A DNA stretch of 64,000 nt from Phoronis australis (lineage: Eukaryota > Animalia > Phoronida). How positions within the stretch are numbered: the first letter of the stretch is position 1; the number at the start of each line of letters is the position of its first letter. The notes beneath the pieces are model-generated. The model worked only from the letters and a program-made list of their open reading frames with translations, did no database searches and had not been told where the DNA came from. Both the position numbers and the translations under genes were made by a program. Positions 62,518 to 64,000 of this stretch are shown in pieces. Location: assembly GCA_002633005.1 (NCBI GenBank), contig NMRA01000234.1, positions 183,535-247,534 on the forward strand, written 5' to 3'.

Positions 62518-63226
62518 CTGTGAACGAAATGACAACTCGTTTTTCAGACAGACGGCCGCCTCGTATATATTTGAATGACAAGTGAAACCTGTCAAGTTCA
62601 TTATAGACATTCATGTCGTGTGAATGTGTAGTTGACAAGTGTTGAATTTCTGTTTTTACATTTTGCAATGAGTGCTTTCGCTGCTCTTTGCTTTAATGAA
62701 TACTGTAAATGAATGTGATTGTTCATTTGTATGCTGTCATATGGTTACTCAGTAAACTATCTGGTTTGAAATGAAATGGCGCCTCACATGGATGTCATAC
62801 AAATATGGCTTTTGACTTGGGTGTAGTTCGTAAAACAAGAAAATTTAGTAACCATCGTTTTGTTATTAATTCATTTCTGGATCATTATGAAAGTGACATT
62901 TCTGAGTTCAGAACACCAAAAGACTTTTTCCTTGTGTAGTTTGTAAACAAAACTTTGTTTACAATTGTCCATTCGTCCAAGCACTATACTTAAAACATTT
63001 TTGGTCCTTGTTACTGGGTGCATTCTCTTTTAGAGGTTTTTTAAAACATTAAGTTTGCAGTTCTGGTAACGTACACCATGGATCGAAAAGAGGTCAGGTA
63101 TTAGGGGCTTGAATCATCTCAAACTTGATTCATTGGGGGCTCGATTTATCTCTTCAAACTTTTATTGGGGTTTGGACTCCTTGTGACCTAATTAGTATTT
63201 GTTTGGACTTTAACTGGTATGAAGGG

Positions 63227-63640
63227 GTTGTGCGTGAACTTGGAATATCAATTAATCTCAATCTCAAAATCATGTATGTGTGAATTTGGAATTAAATATT
63301 CATTAAAGGAATCAGGTAAAAAATTTTGTTCATTGTAAAGTATTCTTCTAGTTATTGGCCCCACGATCATTCATTTTCTGCTTTACTGGAACTTGTGTCT
63401 CAGAATCGAAGAAATTTGTGAATGGTTAATTAATTATTGCTTGGTGAATAAGATCGCCAATAGTTGAACAATGAAGGTTGGTTAACGTTATTTTATTGAT
63501 ATGTGATATGCTTTAGCGAAGTGCAAACTTTTTTCAACGTGAATGCGATTTTTGAGTGAATTTTCCAAATTTCTTAGTGTATTCCAAGTTCACTCATACT
63601 CAGTCTTGAGATTAAGCAGAATGCCAAGTTCAAGCAGAAC
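63227..63640. mobile_element. Diverged copy of the TGAACTTGGAAT-TIR MITE
   Basis: GTTGTGCGTGAACTTGGAAT..TTAATCTCAA at the left end and TCTTGAGATTAAGCAGAATGCCAAGTTCAAGCAGAAC at the right end. Same size (~415 bp) and TIRs as 15475-15893. Confidence 0.8.
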
Positions 63641-64000
63641 AACGACACTTATAGTTAGTACACAAATCAAGGTTGGAAGGTCCAGCTATCTTGGAAGTGA
63701 GAGATTGATGTGATCACGTTAGGTGAAGCCTTCTGTACTGTATAACATTTTCTGTGAAATTCTGATGCTTTGTTTATTATATTTCTTTCTCTGTTTTATT
63801 TTGTTATTCATGGTTCTCACTCATGGAATACTGTAAATATGACATGGCATGAAATCGCAAAAGCCATGGTAAACTTCAAACAAAATTTCATGATATCTAT
63901 AAAATTTCTCAAGATCAATAAAAGGCTTGTTTGCATAGTCTTCCATCACTTAAGCTTGACAGCATTTCTTGTGATTAAGATTTACTATTTTGTGTGAAAA

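Overview
This is an AT-rich, intron-containing animal genomic window, probably from an invertebrate; the species cannot be fixed from sequence alone. Five protein-coding genes can be assembled by hand from GT-AG junctions with consistent reading phase. They are SIRT4 (+, 3 coding exons), an orphan mGluR-like class C GPCR (+, 5 coding exons, ~969 aa), an unrecognised ~299-aa type I membrane protein (+, 4 exons), moonraker/KIAA0753 (-, 15-16 coding exons) and the 5' part of CCDC74 (+). The last two are head-to-head across a ~600-bp promoter with RFX X-box motifs. Introns and intergenic DNA hold decayed transposons (CR1-like LINE end, Penelope GIY-YIG remnant, several MITEs, Helentron/HINE-like pieces) and many minisatellites. 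The main observations are: (1) the GPCR has lost both residues that bind the distal carboxylate of glutamate, and a Pro/Thr stalk replaces its cysteine-rich domain; (2) a dispersed repeat family forms arrays of about 20 co-oriented CTCF-like motifs; (3) intronic tandem repeats in moonraker are amplified copies of its own splice sites; (4) moonraker has a His-rich repeat tail beyond the conserved C-terminus. All homology calls come from recalled motifs, not database searches.
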